A stretch of 64,000 nt of DNA from Octopus vulgaris (GCA_951406725.2 OX597814.1:217930001-217994000), one strand, 5' to 3'; positions 11,226 through 25,151 are shown, counted from the stretch's first letter. Numbers and translations are program-made. Notes: generated by a model from the letters alone, not told the origin.

Positions 11226-13285
11226 TATGCTATGAAGTTTATATTTATCTATCACTTTTATTGTCTAATATTCAATAATTTTAGAAATTTTCCTATTTGC
11301 AAGAATGATAGCTGGAAAGAAAATCATACAAGTTAACCCAGCAATTGGTTTTTAGAATTGTAAATTACTTAAATTATTAGAAAAACTAAAAAAAAAAAAA
11401 CTAAAAACAAAAAGCTAAAAATAAGTAAAGCAGTCTGCTTTAGCTTCTGGTATGTGTAGAACCTATAACCTGCCTCGTCACAGAGTCATACTACCATTCC
11501 ATCAGTCAACAGCCATGTTTAGAATGTTTACTTTCTTGTCTTATGTAATCTCAGCCCACAATGATCTGCTAGAGCTGCTAATCACACAGCAATAATGAAG
11601 AACACATGCAAAGAAAGGAAACCTTTTATGAAATCAAGATGCTGTTATAGTATATACATTATCTTTCACAAGAATATTGCTTTTAGGTGAAATACTGTCA
11701 AAAGTAGGCTTCAAATTCTATAAATCTTGCACCTAATTATCTATAGTCATTTTTAGCAAAACTTTTTAGTGAAACTTATCAGAATCCTACACAGCCTCAA
11801 CTTATTTATTTGGTGATCATGTTCTTTGTGATTATTAAACCTGAAGGTTCAGTTACTACTAACACCACTACTATGGCTGTTGCTGTTGTTGTTACTACTA
11901 CTACTACTACTACCTTAACTATAGCAATCGTTTTGTAAATTCCAATCCTTCACTCTACTAATGGGTTTTTCTGTTGAATGCTTTTCCAAATGTTACCCTT
12001 TCGTGTGTAACATGGAAGAAGTAACTACTTTTAGCATAACTCTAGACTGAAGTACATAACCCAATATCTTTTGCCTGGTTTAAACAACTCATAGTTATCT
12101 CTTCCATGTCACAGTTGTTTGATTAGCACTTGGAATAGAAACGCATCTACTTCTCTTCATATCACCCCTACTGTGCCTATCCTCTTAAAGTCAGTATATA
12201 ACAATTTGTCTAACATTTTCCCCAAGAAACACACCCAGAACCCACACCTTCTTCCTGGCCGTATTTCCTCCCTGGTACTAAACTGAAACAATTTGAATTG
12301 AACATTAATTACACTAACTACAATCCAATTATCTTTATCCTGCAATTGAGGGTAGTTTAAAAACATTATGTTCATTACAATCCCTTTTAGACTAATAATG
12401 TAAACACAAAATTGTCATCATTCTGTCAACATAATCACAAGACATGCCATCAAACAGTACTATTTAGCAAGCCTTTTATTCTATCATTATTGTAATTGCT
12501 TTGTAACATATTATCTCCCCCACCTCATCAGGTTGTTTTCTTTCCCCCATATCACCAACAATTTAAGCCTGAGATCAATAATTTATATTCACTTCAGTTA
12601 TTTTTCTCTAGAGACCATTATTTTATGAGCTTAGACGAACTAACAAAAGAAAATGAATACAAAACAAAAGCAAAAATTAATTATTTAGTCTCTCATAAAT
12701 GAGAGCATTTTGTTCTTTTTCAGTATTTCAAATTCTTGAGTGTGTGTGTGTGTGGGAGGAGGTTAAAGAAGAGGGGGCAGTCTACTTCCCTTCAGATTAT
12801 TATTGCTAAGTCATATCTGTATTGAGCTCAGTCTTTTATAAAGCCATATGAAAAATTATAATAAACTACTAAAACACAAATAAGAATAACAATGTTAGCG
12901 TCATTGAAACTGAGGGTCAGTAGAACTGAAATAAAGAATATTTGCAATTAAAATTTACTGGTGGTAAAAAAAAAAAAATGATGATATTCTATTAAGGATT
13001 ATGTTTGCTTTTTGTGACAAAAAGCTGTTATAAAATCTGCCAAAACTGTGCAGCAAGTATGGGAATTCTGAATTTATATATACCTCATTAACTGTACTAT
13101 TATTTTCCACAGGAGAGGAAAGCAACATATGGTATTAATTTGGCAGTGTGAGTGAACAAAAGAGTGTAGACAACCCAGTTTCTTTTGGGGCTGCACTCTG
13201 CATTTCCTTTTGGAGTTAATTTCATTTTTCTTAACCGTTTTAGCATATTGAAGGCACAGTACAATTCAGTTTGTGAATAACAAGA

Positions 13286-13334
<49 letters not shown>

Positions 13335-13408
13335 ATATATATATATCAATCAGCCATACAGAGTTTCCAAACTACTAAGGTGTTTGAACATTAAATAAAA
13401 ACCTTATA

Positions 13409-13815
13409 GGCGCAGGAGTGGCTGTGTGGTAAGAAGCTTGCTTACCAACCACATGGTTCCGGGTTCAGTCCCACTGCGTGACACCTTGAGCAAGTGTCTT
13501 CTACTACAGCCTCGGGCCGACCAGAGCCTTGTGAGTAGATTTGGTAGATGGAAACTAAAAGAAGCCCGTCGTATGTATGTATATGTATATATGTGTGTGT
13601 GTTTGTGTGTCTGTGTTTGTCCCCCCCACCCAACATCGTTTGACAACCGATGCTGGTGCATTTACGTCCCTGTAACTTAGCGGTTCAGCAAAGAGACCGA
13701 TAGGATAAGTACTAGGCTTACAAAGGATAAGTCCTGGGGTCGATTTGCTCGACTAAAGGCGGTGCTCCAGCATGGCCGCAGTCAAATGACTGAAACAAGT
13801 AACAGAATAACAGAA
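13409..13815 (+). mobile_element. tRNA-derived SINE family A, full length
   Basis: Head GGCGCAGGAGTGGCTGTGTGGTAAG with A/B-box-like motifs, body, microsatellite and tail. Followed by a decayed RTE tail at about 13842-13992. Confidence 0.92.
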
Positions 13816-14397
13816 AGTGTGCAGTTTACATGTTAACAAAGTCACACTACACTCTGGGAGTGATTGGCATCAGGAAGGGCATCAAGTTGTATAAACCCAG
13901 GCCAAAATCCGATTGGAGCCTGGTACAGCTCTCTAGCTTACAAGTTCCAGTTGAACCGTCTAACCCATGTCAGCATAGAAAATGGGTGCTAAACCACTGC
14001 CACTGATAAGCAATTTACTCCAGAAAAGACTCATACACCTAGTTCTCTTCTTTGTAGTAGCTTTGAATATCTTCAGAAGTGCAAAACAAAGATGATAAAC
14101 ACTTGTCCACTACCAATACACTGCAGATGCTGTTTGATAATAAGTCCTACTTAGCAACACAGCACCAATTCAGCTGAGCTAACATATGCCTGTAACATTT
14201 CACTATGACATCTTCTGTGATGCCATTAACTACTAAAATTGTTTCACTCACCAGTTACTTGATGCCAGATATTTTTCATTTTGACATCCTCAATGTGGCT
14301 CTGCATCACAATTTACTGCAACAACTCAGATTTAAGGAAAGGAAAAAGTTCCTTACTTTTCCATCATAGAAAAAGTTTCAACCTATCTACTCAAATG

Positions 14398-14602
14398 TAC
14401 GAGGCAGTGCTGAGAAGTTTCTGGTTTTAAGGATATCGTGAAAGGCCTGGTTGGAGGTCCAACCTTCTGAGTTCTTTTACAGGGCTTAAAAAAACTGCAG
14501 GACCACTGCAATAGGTGCGTGAATCTGAGAGGGGAATATGTTGAATGAAATCGTAATTAACTGATCCACCCAAAGTTAGGAACTTTTCAGCCCCCCTTTG
14601 TA
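14398..14602 (+). mobile_element. Mariner-derived deletion element
   Basis: Ends TACGAGGCAGTGCTGAGAAGTT / AACTTTTCAGCCCCCCTTTGTA. Internal GLKKLQDHCNRCVNLRGEYVE* resembles a mariner transposase C-terminus. Second copy at 50966-51178. Confidence 0.8.
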
Positions 14603-15898
14603 CATGCAGTGACCAATTCTCGTGACACACCACTCCAGTCTCCAATCTGTATTCCTCATTTACCACTAATATTCAGAACCACTTTATCAATACATCTATT
14701 CTGTGATTTTGTATTTTTGTTATGAAGGTAACAGTGAAATATCCAATCACTCAACAATCATCTCCTATTCAACTAAATAGAGTTTATGTCAAGTAAACTA
14801 TCACAGACCTTTACAGCACACTGTTGCGACATTGCACTTAGTACCCCTGTAATTGCATATTTGCTGACAGTTTCCATGGAATGCTTATTACATATATCCA
14901 ATCTAATCATCGATTGTACTGCTAAGTAGTGGCTGAACTTATAGTGAGAAGTGTGGCTAAAAACTTTCCTCCCAAGTAATGAGCTTAACACATAACCTAT
15001 TACTGCTATTGTCGCCCACCCATTCCATCTCCAAACTTCACTTGGTTGCTCTTTAATTATATCTGCAATAGTATACATATAATTTACATAGAGGAAGTTC
15101 CAATACTGAACTCATATTTAGAGGAGACCCAATTCTCTTCACAGATTTTAGAACTTGTAAACAAACACAAAAAAGAAACAAAAAAAAAAAGCAATTGAGA
15201 ACCTGATCCCAGTTACATCTCCAGTTAAATGTCAAACTCCTTATGGAATTATGTAGAAACACTTTGAATCTAGTTGTAGCACCATTAATGGAATGTTTTT
15301 TCTAGCAAGCATACTCAAGATTATATAACATTTTACATTGTGTGTAAGCTTGGATGAAAAATTAAATAGAAAGTAGAAAAAGAAAATTCTATTCAAAATA
15401 AGCAAAATATAGAAGGAACACAAATGACTGAAACTTAATTTTTGTGAGGTCAATACTTTTCTAAGGGTCAATAATGACAAAAATGTAGAGAAATCTAAGC
15501 CTGGTCACAGTTCTTGCCAGCTTTCAAGTCTTCATGTAGTTTATTCTTAAGATAAGTCTTTTCTAAGATAAGTCTTTTCTAAGATAAGTCTTTTCTTGCT
15601 TTTTTTTTTAAAAAAAAAAAAGAGAAGAAAATTCTATTTGTAAGCTTATTAAAAGTAAATTTAGCATCACCTAAACCTATTTTCACACTGAAGTCTTCCA
15701 GGACTTGCAAAAAGTTGTGGGCATAAATCATTATAGATTATATTTGCTGACACTTCAGTAGTTATGAGAACTAAACTTGCAAATTCCTCACATGATTCAT
15801 ATCAGCTAATCTCCCTTGAGACAGTAGCAAACTGTAGGGCTCTACTTAAATGGCCAAAGGTACACTCATCTTTGTCATCAAACGAAGACAAACTTTAA

Positions 15899-16119
15899 CC
15901 CTTTAGTGTTTGCATTATTCTGCCACAATTAATGCTTCTTCATCCACATTGTTTTGAACTAATCATGCATCATCTTGTAGCTATGAGATTTTGATGAGGT
16001 AGCTGTTAATTTTTAAAACGATATTGTAGGGTTGGTGTGAGAAACCAGATCTGGCCAGTTTGAACATATAACAGGCAGAATACTTTTGGCCGGATATGGC
16101 CGGTTTAAATGCTAAAGGG
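15899..16119. mobile_element. piggyBac-type MITE, family 1
   Basis: TTAA|CCCTTTAG...CTAAAGGG|TTAA. Further copies at 18628, 40813 and 53802. Confidence 0.88.
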
Positions 16120-16149
16120 TTAAGCAATAGTTTTGTAAATTTCTACTTG

Positions 16150-16545
16150 GAAGATAGTGGTATGGCCAGCAAGTAACAAATTGGACAATTGATAAAGTCA
16201 ATTTTTTAAAATCAATATCACATGGAACTAATTTTATTATATAGCTCAGAGATATGGTTGTTATTTGTGGAAGACACATCCAACATTAAAACAAATTCAT
16301 GGGACTTTATCAGTCATTTCCACAAACAATGAGACAACAAAGCACAACCTGCTGGTCACTACTTTTGAGCAAAAGATGAGCAAATGATGTAATCGTCCTC
16401 TGAAGACTTCAGTCAGCTGGTGGGAAATTTCACAACCAGCCCTCCTAACCAGATGTCATTGCTAAAGATTTGAGATATAAAGTGTGAAACCTTACTGTAG
16501 TAATACAGGACCGTAAACTCTGGAGAGAAGTAATGCCCGTCTCAA
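16150..16545 (+). mobile_element. Highly decayed RTE-like LINE 3' ORF remnant
   Basis: Broken frames ILLYSSEIW...AGH.F.AKDE...PDVIAKD...QDRKLWRE. Confidence 0.55.
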
Positions 16546-16560
16546 CTGGAGAGGCTATAC

Positions 16561-16706
16561 CAGTCATGGGCAAACAGTGGCCCAAAGGAATTTCTGATTG
16601 ACACACCTAATGAAAGATCATTCTGAATTTTTTATATAGTGCAGCCTGCCAGAGGATGAGTGGTATTTCACATGGCCTGCTTCCTGATGAGGCTGCCCTT
16701 AGCTGG
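16561..16706. mobile_element. Possible hAT-type MITE
   Basis: Imperfect inverted ends CAGTCATGGGCAAAC / GGCTGCCCTTAGCTG. Confidence 0.4.
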
Positions 16707-16748
16707 ACTAAATGATGATGGCACAACAAGGACTAATAGTTTCAAAGA

Positions 16749-17072
16749 GTGAAGGTGCATGGTGTGGTGGTTAGGGTATTCAGTTCACAATCGCAAAGTC
16801 GTGAGTTCAATTCCCGGCGATGTGCTGCGTCCTTGAGCAAGACACTTTATTTCATGTTGCTCAAGTCCACTCAGCTGGCAAAAACGAGTAGTACCTGTAT
16901 TTCAAAGGGTCAGCCTTGTCACACTCTGTGTCACGCTGAATCTCCCTGAGAAGTACGTTAGGGGTACACATGTCTGTGGAGTGCTCAACCACTTGGGCAC
17001 TAATTTCATGAGTAGGCTGTTCCATTGACTGGATCAACTGGAACCCTTGTCATCATAACTGATGGAGGGCCG
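16749..17072 (+). mobile_element. tRNA-derived SINE family C, alternative tail
   Basis: Head GTGAAGGTGCATGG..GTGGTTAG...GAGTTCAATTCCC and body CTTGAGCAAGACACTTTATTTC are shared with 23634 and 43666, but the 3' half differs. Confidence 0.8.
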
Positions 17073-18164
17073 GTGCAGTTCCAAAGAAATTAACACAGAT
17101 TTTTTTTTTAAACAAATGTAAAGTACAAGTAAATTCAAAAACGAAGTGTTATTATTGCCTATTCAGAGTCCAGTCCAGTTCTTCCATTTGGTGGAACAAC
17201 GAAAGTGAAACTGCTATAAAAATATGAATTCAAATTAATGATCTCGTTTGCATACACAAACTTAGAAAGGAATTTTTGTTATCTGTGTAATCATATATAA
17301 AAATGTAAGTTCATTGACTATCTTAATTGTTTCCTTTGGTGGTGTCATATCAAACCAAAATTGTTCCCAACAGTAGTTTGACTCATTTTTACATCATATG
17401 AGAGGGAGTGGGAAGGTGGAGAGAGAGGTGTGGGGGGAGGGGATGGGGAGGGGGAGGGGAAGGGTGATACAAAATGGGTGATGGGGGATGCTTAGGATGG
17501 GTGATATATTATGGAATTTGATAGGGTAGCTGATTGCTATTATTATTCTTACATAGTGATATTATGAAGGAAGCAGGAATGTGGGGAGTGGTTTATCATG
17601 CTATGAAGTAATTATAAACACACATTGTTATATCTTTGGTAAATATCTCTATCACATAAAGCAAGCTGTTTACTTAAAAAAGATTGCACACACACACACA
17701 CACACACACACCATAAACTAGTTTTGAAAAAGTAGTGACACAGTCTCAAAGAACTACACATTCCTTTTTTGGCAGTCTCACTGACATCATACAGCATCAT
17801 GATAATCTCAGTGTTGATATTAATGACAAAGAAAGTTATAATACTGTAATGGGGGGGGGGGGGTTAGTTAATTACTTCACCTATTATAACTATTTGTCAT
17901 AAATGCCCAAAAACAGGGGCCCCTCTGCAGAGTTTCTTAAAGCAACCAAATCTCTCTCAAACAATACTTTGACACTTTAGTGTTTTATGAAAAGAAGGGC
18001 ATGTTGAATACTATGCTTGAAAGACATTAAAAAAAGGAAACAAGTTTGATTGGAACATCACATCATTGATAATTGGTCTGCTCAACAAGGGCTAGCCTGG
18101 GGCTAAACAATGACATTTATTTGTCAATGTTAAAAAAAAAGAACCCAAATAGCTAATAATACAG

Positions 18165-18500
18165 GTATGGCTGTCACTATGTGGTACCTAGGGCAAGTGT
18201 CTTCTATTATAGCCCTGGGCTGACCAATGCTTTGTGAGTGACTCTGGTAGATGGAAACTGTGTGGAAGCCCATCACATACATATGCATGTGTAAGTGTAT
18301 GTCTTTGTGTTTGTCACCCACCACAAAACAATGGTGCTGTTGAGCTGATGTCTCCATAATTTAGCAGTTCAGCAAAAGGGACCGACAGAATAAGTACCAG
18401 ATTTAAAGGGTAAGTACTGGGGCTGGTTTGTTCAAGTAAACCCTTTCAAGTAGTGCTCCAGTATGGTCACAGTTCAATAACTGAAACAAGTTAAAGATAA
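18165..18500 (+). mobile_element. Decayed SINE family A
   Basis: Diverged match to family A. Confidence 0.75.
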
Positions 18501-18627
18501 ATACAGTGATAGAAACTGACAGGCTCAATGATAATCTCAATGATAATCTCAATGATAATCTCTTCTCCAATATTTCCTCCCCATCTATATAACCAATGAT
18601 AAATCCATTCTGTTTATTTAGCTTTAA

Positions 18628-18849
18628 CCCTTTAGCAATTAAACCGGCCATATCCGGCCAAAAGTATTCTGCCTATTCTATGCTCAAACTGGCCAGATCT
18701 GGTCTCTCACACCAACCCTACAATATCGTTTTAAAAATTAACAGCTACCTCATCAAAATCTCATAGCATCAAGATTAATGCCTGATTAGTTCAAGGCAAT
18801 GTGGATAGAAAAGGATTAATTTGGGCAGAATAATGTGAACACTAAAGGG
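18628..18849. mobile_element. piggyBac-type MITE, family 1 (opposite orientation)
   Basis: TTAA target-site duplication (TSD) and CCCTTTAG TIRs. Reverse complement of 15899-16119. Confidence 0.88.
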
Positions 18850-19243
18850 TTAAAGACAGGTAGGGAATGATGCAAGTAGGTACAGTAACAGAATGTTCAG
18901 TCAGAGCAAAAACTACTAATAGTTCTTGAGTTCAAATTCACTGAGACCTTTTACTATGTAAGTGGACACTACATTAAATTCTACATGCTTCATTTCACCA
19001 GCAACAGTGATATCCAGTCCAATAAACCTCATTGTAGGCCACTCGGATTCAATTCATCAGCAACAAAATACAAGAGGCAAGAACAAATACTAAATAGACA
19101 CCTTCAGAGCTTCTGTCTTTTGTTTTTTCTTCTTTGTTATTCACTTGCTATTTTCCCGTTACTTTTGTATGGTAACTAGAGCATTGACTATGGATAACTT
19201 GAAAACTACAGAGCTAAAAAGATCAAGCCCTGTTAGTCCTTAA

Positions 19244-19464
19244 CCCTTTCGTTACCAACCCGGCTGAAACTGGCTCTGGCTCTTTAGTACAAATGTCTGG
19301 TTTTCAAAAGTTCTGAATTAAAACCTTCCACCAAACCTTAGTCACAATTTATGTCCCTAACTCTACCTTAATGATAACGATGTTATTTTACTTAATTCTT
19401 TGTTATATTTAACATAATTGGAAGAAACACTGAGCATCTCAAAATAAATTCAGTAACGAAAGGG
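19244..19464. mobile_element. piggyBac-type MITE, family 2
   Basis: TTAA|CCCTTTCGTTAC...GTAACGAAAGGG|TTAA, perfect 12-bp TIR. Confidence 0.85.
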
Positions 19465-20334
19465 TTAAATTAAGACACATTTTCTACATTAATCTCAACC
19501 TAATTTACAGTTAAGGAAGTACTGCAGCTACATCAGTGCTTTCTGGTTAACTTATCAGGAGCTTGCCTCTTGCCTTTTGCTAAACAATTTCAGAACAAAG
19601 AGTTGACAAGACAGCTTTTCTATATCTGTTTATCTGGTTCAATGTGTTAATCAGATTTCCTTGGACTCCACATCAATCTTAAAACCACAAAAACCACAAA
19701 GCTGTAGTTTTAAGTCTTTAAACAACACTCCTACCGCCATCATCATTACTATAATTAAAATAACCGAAGCTATAAATGCTGAGTAAATGCTTCATTTGGT
19801 TAGTTATTTCCACACCAAAACTAACCGGAGAACACAATAACAAATTTTAGAACCAAAAAAAAAAAAAAAATTTCATTTTTAAATATCTCTCGAAAACTAT
19901 GATTGTAGGTGGGATACTGATAAGAAGGGGGAAAAAAATAGAAGAAGGTGAGATAAATGTGACAATTATGAAACTTAATTTGGCATGCAAAAGTAATCAG
20001 TTGAAGCAAATACCATTACATTCAGAAAAGAAAATGTCATCTAAAAGAAGAAAGAAGAAGAAAAAGTCATCCTTCAATAAGCTGGTGGGCTGAGGCAAAC
20101 GATTTGCTTGAAAACATATTATCCATCAGAGCAAAGGCATTGAAGGAATAACGGTAAATAAAACACTTGACTAAATATTATTGAATAATATGTATCAAAG
20201 CTATCATCAGAATGGTTTTTAACTAAATATCACTGATCTGCTCTGTTCTCCAATCAATTATTAAATGTTATCACTTTGAAGATCACCAAAGAATGTATTA
20301 TGAAAATGCCTTCATTATTTTAAGGAAATTCATG

Positions 20335-20545
20335 ATCCGACAGAATTGTAAGTGCATTGGACAAAATGCTTAGTGGCATTTCTTGCAGATCTTTAGGTTC
20401 TGAGTTCAAATCCGGCTGAAGTCATCTTTGCCTTTCATTCCTTTCAAATCAGTAAAATAAAGCACTGGTCATGTACTGAGCTTGTCAATGTAATCAACTA
20501 ACCTACTCTCACTAAAATTGTCATCCTTATACCAAAAGTTTAAAC
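20335..20545 (+). mobile_element. Decayed SINE family B
   Basis: TTCTGAGTTCAAATCC...TTTGCCTTTCAT motif as at 29065. Confidence 0.65.
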
Positions 20546-20703
20546 TATTACATTTAAGAAAGCAACTGCATATTTCACACACACACACACACACACACAT
20601 CCACTCTCTCTCTCTCTCTCTCTCACTCACTCACAAAAGAAAGGGTTACCACACAAAATCACCCACATCTTTTGCTTGACAAGCAATAGGACTCAACTCA
20701 ACT

Positions 20704-21047
20704 TATGTATGTATGTATGTATGTATGTATGTATGTATGTATGTGTGTATGTATGTGTGTATGTATGTATGTATGTATGTATGTATGTGTGTATGTATGT
20801 ATGTATGTATGTATGTATGTGTGTATGTATGTGTGTATGTATGTGTGTATGTGTGTATGTATGTATGTGTGTATGTGTGTATGTATGTACGTATGTATGT
20901 GTGTATGTATGTGTGTATGTGTGTATGTATGTATGTATGTATGTATGTATGTATGTATGTATGTATGTATGTATGTATGTGTGTATGTATGTGTGTATGT
21001 ATGTATGTATGTATGTGTGTATGTATGTATCCATGTATGTATGTATG
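20704..21047. repeat. Compound (TATG)n/(TG)n microsatellite, about 345 bp
   Basis: Directly visible. Source of the MYVC and HTYI pseudo-ORFs. Confidence 0.97.
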
Positions 21048-21222
21048 TAACAATGCAGGCGTGAATGTGTGGTTAAGAAGTTCCCATTGCAACAATGTAG
21101 AGAGAGAGTCAAGTTCAGTCCCACAATGCAGCAAATGTCCTTCCACTATAACCCTGGGCCAATCAATGCAGAAAATATGAGAAATCCTACCATATGTGTT
21201 TGCATGCCTGCACATGGGGGAG

Positions 21223-21288
<66 letters not shown>

Positions 21289-21524
21289 GGAGGGGAGGAG
21301 TGAAGGAGGCAGAGAGCATAAATGCTATTTCAGTGGTCATCATTAGCACCACTGAAGCAAAAGACTGACATTTACTTTCCCCAGTAAACAGAGCTGAATA
21401 GTTCAGCAGTCATACGATGACCACTGAATTGGAACAAAAAACAAAAAAAACAAGAGCATTCAGTGATAGATAATCTGCCTCAATATAGTCCATACACACA
21501 CATCATCATATATATATATATATA

Positions 21525-21922
21525 TCACCATCATCATCATCATCATCGTTTAGCGTCCGCTTTCCATGCTGGTATGGGTTGGACGGTGCAACTGAGGTCT
21601 GGGAAGCCAGAAGGCTGCACCAGTCTCCAGTCTGATCTGGCAGTGTTTCTACAGCTGGATGCCCTTCCTAACGCCAACCACTCCATGAGTGTTGTGGGTG
21701 CTTTTTACGTGCCGCCGGCACAGGTGCCAGATGAGGCTGGCAAATGGCCACGGTCGGATGGTGCTTTTTACGTGCCACGGGCACAGAAGCCAGTTGGGGG
21801 TGTCACTGGCAACGTCCATGTTCGGATGGCTCTCTTATGTGCCACCGGCACTGGTATCACAGCTACAATTTCCATTGATGTTGATCGATTTAGCTTTTGA
21901 TTTCACTTGCCTCAACAGGTCT
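21525..21922 (-). mobile_element. RTE 3' UTR fragment
   Basis: (CAT)n, terminal hairpin and GGTGCTTTTTACGTGCC repeat units. Confidence 0.85.
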
Positions 21923-21923
21923 T

Positions 21924-21957
<34 letters not shown>

Positions 21958-21981
21958 CACACACACACACATGCATATATA

Positions 21982-22260
21982 TCATCATCACCAACATCAT
22001 CATCACCAACATCATCATCGTTTAACGTCAGCTTTCCATGCTGGCATAGGTTGGACGGTTTGACTGAGGGCTGGCAAGCCAGAAGGCTGCACCAGTCTCC
22101 AATCTGGTCTGGCAAAGTTTCTAACAGCTGGATGCTCTTCCTAACGCCAACCACTTTGAGAGTGTAGCAGATACTTTTTACATGCCACCGGCATGAGGGC
22201 CAATCAGGCAGTACTGGCATCGACCACACTCGAATGATGCTTTTTACGTGCCACCAGCAC
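21982..22260 (-). mobile_element. RTE 3' UTR fragment
   Basis: Same motifs as 21525-21922, more diverged. Confidence 0.75.
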
Positions 22261-22399
22261 ATATGCATATATATATATATGCACACACACACACACACAC
22301 ACACACACGCATACACACACAAGTAAGCACATAAATGCAAAACAAGGTGGAAAAAATAGTACTCGAATATTGTGGGTAGATGAAGAGTCCTGATCACGA

Positions 22400-22437
22400 C
22401 TGTCTGGGGAACAGGAATGTGAAACTCTGGATGAGTT
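22400..22437 (+). ncRNA. Strongly degenerate hammerhead-like motif
   Basis: CTGGGGA ACA-GGAA-TGT GAA ACTC-TGGAT-GAGT T. Helices II and III can form, but core A6 is mutated and the helix I partner is absent. Confidence 0.3.
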
Positions 22438-22477
22438 TTTGTGATGTTTTTGCAGTTTTAATTAAAAAATTATACAT

Positions 22478-22510
<33 letters not shown>

Positions 22511-23633
22511 TACATATATTCACACATACACAAGCCAATATAAATACGAACATTAAGTTATGATGATACATCTTACATATATAAACATGCACACATACAC
22601 AAACAACATTATCATTGTCATCATTTTACACCCAAGTAGAGACAACTGTTTCAATGTAAAGATCTAAGGTGAATGTATAAACTTTTACCTGAAATATTTG
22701 TGGCTAGCAACACATATTTTGACAACATAATTAAATGCTTAAAACCAACTTAACTTTTGCATACATAAAGCATAAACAAAGCACTATTGTACTTCAAGAG
22801 ATCACTTTTCTATTCATGACATTATCCATTGATGTCATTCTGATATTACAACATTTAAATAAAAAGCACTGGAAAAGCAATGCAAACACTCTTTATAGAT
22901 GTAAGAATAAGTACACATCTCTATACATTTACTATTGAAAATATAAGCCATTTTATACACAAATACTCTAATATATACATGTTATGCATTAGCACTTGCA
23001 TCTATGCACTCAAACACACACACACTCTCTTTGTCTCTTTGAAATGCAACATTTCAGATGTAGTGATATTTTTCTATCTTATATCATAGAAAGTATATTG
23101 CTGATGCAAATTTATGATAAATTTAGTTTTCAATCTATACATGTCATTCTACATTTAACTTTTCTATGCCAGCAGTAAATGAAGTGAATTGAGCAACAGG
23201 AGAAGAACACCAAGAAAACTCTGACAGAACTATGAACATAGAAGTAGATTTTAAAGAAGATCTAAAACAGTATGGAAGCACACAAAAATAGAAAGACAAT
23301 AGAAACTAAATACAACATATATTATTGAAAATTATTGGATAGGACTTTAAATATAAAGAGCATCCAGCAATGGGACCCTAGTTCAAGAGTCTCAGGGTTT
23401 TCAGGAGTGTGGAACCATCTCTGATTAGTGTTCCCAAGTCTGCTCTGACCTGGGGACAATAGTGGATAAGAGATGTAACACCTAACAGGATCCTAGTTAG
23501 GGGTTAGTTAGTATGTCACAGTGTTATCATTCAATTTCATATATACCTCCCAAGAGAGGTCACTCACAGATATCCCTATGGACTCAGGGGTGATGAAACT
23601 TTTCAGCTCTTAGCTGTTCATCTAAGAAATGTA

Positions 23634-23900
23634 GTGAAGGTGCATGGCTCGGTGGTTTTAGAGTGTAGGGCTCACAATCGTGAGGTAGTGAGTTCGATTC
23701 CCAGACCGGGTTGTGAGTTGTGTTCTTGAGCAAGACACTTTATTTCATGTTGCTCCAGTTCACTCATCTGTAAAAATGAATAGCAACATCACTGGTGCCA
23801 AGCTGTATCAGCCTTTGCCCTTTTCTTGGACAACATTAGTGTCATGGAGAGGGGAGGAGGTGGAATCCCATGATCATTCATGACCAAAGAGGGTCTTTGT
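23634..23900 (+). mobile_element. tRNA-derived SINE family C (internally deleted)
   Basis: Matches 43666-44002. A-box TGGCTCGGTGG, B-box GAGTTCGATTCCC. Confidence 0.85.
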
Positions 23901-23904
23901 CCTT

Positions 23905-24310
23905 TATAAGAAAAGGTAACTCCACACAAATCCTGCATCCTGATGACTACCAAGCACTAATTGCACCAGAGCTATACAAGTCTGAAGGATGAGAGAGTGG
24001 AAACTGGCTCTACATAAACCATCCCCTCTACAACAATATTCATCATGAAGCTGTCCGGCAAACCAAGACACCAATGCCAACACCATCGGACTTTCTTCAC
24101 AAGTCCAATGGTGATAGGGAAAGAGGTGATATGGACAGGTAGAGTATGCAACTGGAAGTCCTCACCTTTGACACTGCACACAGGCAAACATAAGGTGATG
24201 GTCAGTTTTCTACAGATCTGGGACAGATGTGGATTTCATATCCTCTTAAAGAGATGACAAAACATTGAACTAGGAACACTATGAAGTTATATTTAGCTGA
24301 ACCTTCATTC
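23905..24310 (+). mobile_element. Possible decayed LINE 5' region or start of AP endonuclease
   Basis: GC-richer segment with an RVCNW.VLTL-like remnant resembling the APE N-terminal (W)NV motif. Confidence 0.35.
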
Positions 24311-24438
24311 ATGGAAGTAACAAGAGAGTACACACCACAAGAAAATTTAAATCAAAATAGCACTGGGAAAAAATATTTTCACCAGTGCAAACTAATGAGT
24401 GAGTCAAAGGATTTTGGAAACAGTATATCAGTAGTTAA

Positions 24439-24833
24439 TCTTTATATATAAAAAGTGAGGTTGTGTGTCTGTCTCCTACGATTTAGATTCCTAACTACTC
24501 CCACATTTTGCGGTGCAGTTTAACCAAAACCGGGTATCTTATAGTTGTGATTCATATCGAGCCCTTCTGGGTATTAGTGCGTGTCTACGATGAGTCTACA
24601 ATTTAAAAAAAAATTTACCATCAATTTTTCCCCATTTTTAATGCATTTTTTGCTATTATATAAGGGAAGTAACTCTCTAAAAATTTATTATTAAATCTCA
24701 GAACGTAAAAAGCTACAGTAACACCCCCTTTGTGGTTAGCCATATTGAGATGGCTATTATACTTTACATCTCTAAAAGTGCTTATATAGTTATTTCCCTT
24801 ACAAACCCGAGCAACGCCGGGCGATACTGCTAG
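24439..24833 (+). mobile_element. Non-autonomous Helitron
   Basis: A|TC 5' end, subterminal hairpin CCCGAGC-AAC-GCCGGG, CTAG|T 3' end, no TSD. Second copy at 54183-54580. Confidence 0.88.
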
Positions 24834-25103
24834 TCTTACATATAATAAAACGCAATGTGTGTCCGGTTGGTCATGCTGGTAGGAGAAAACTAAAACAACA
24901 AACGGAGGGGCGGGGTGAGAATAGGAAATGCTAAATACAAGTGAACTGCAGTAAAAGGTTTTTACTTTGCTGTAAGTAGGTGGTATTTTAATCAAAATAA
25001 AACTGCAAATTTTTATAAATTATATGTATGAACTTCACACGCACAAACATATAAATGAAATGGAATGATAACACTCTCTGCATAATATTACCAATCACGT
25101 AAC

Positions 25104-25145
<42 letters not shown>

Positions 25146-25151
<6 letters not shown>

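Noticed and set aside
14252-14320. Minus-strand GTGAGT donor with a short upstream frame
   Set aside because: Stops follow the only nearby acceptor in all frames, and such donors are expected by chance.
16399-16435. CTGAAGA...GAAA
   Set aside because: Helix II is poor, helices I and III are absent, and it lies within a decayed LINE ORF.
20676-21368. Long ORFs (MYVC..., HTYI..., ERER...)
   Set aside because: These are microsatellite translations.
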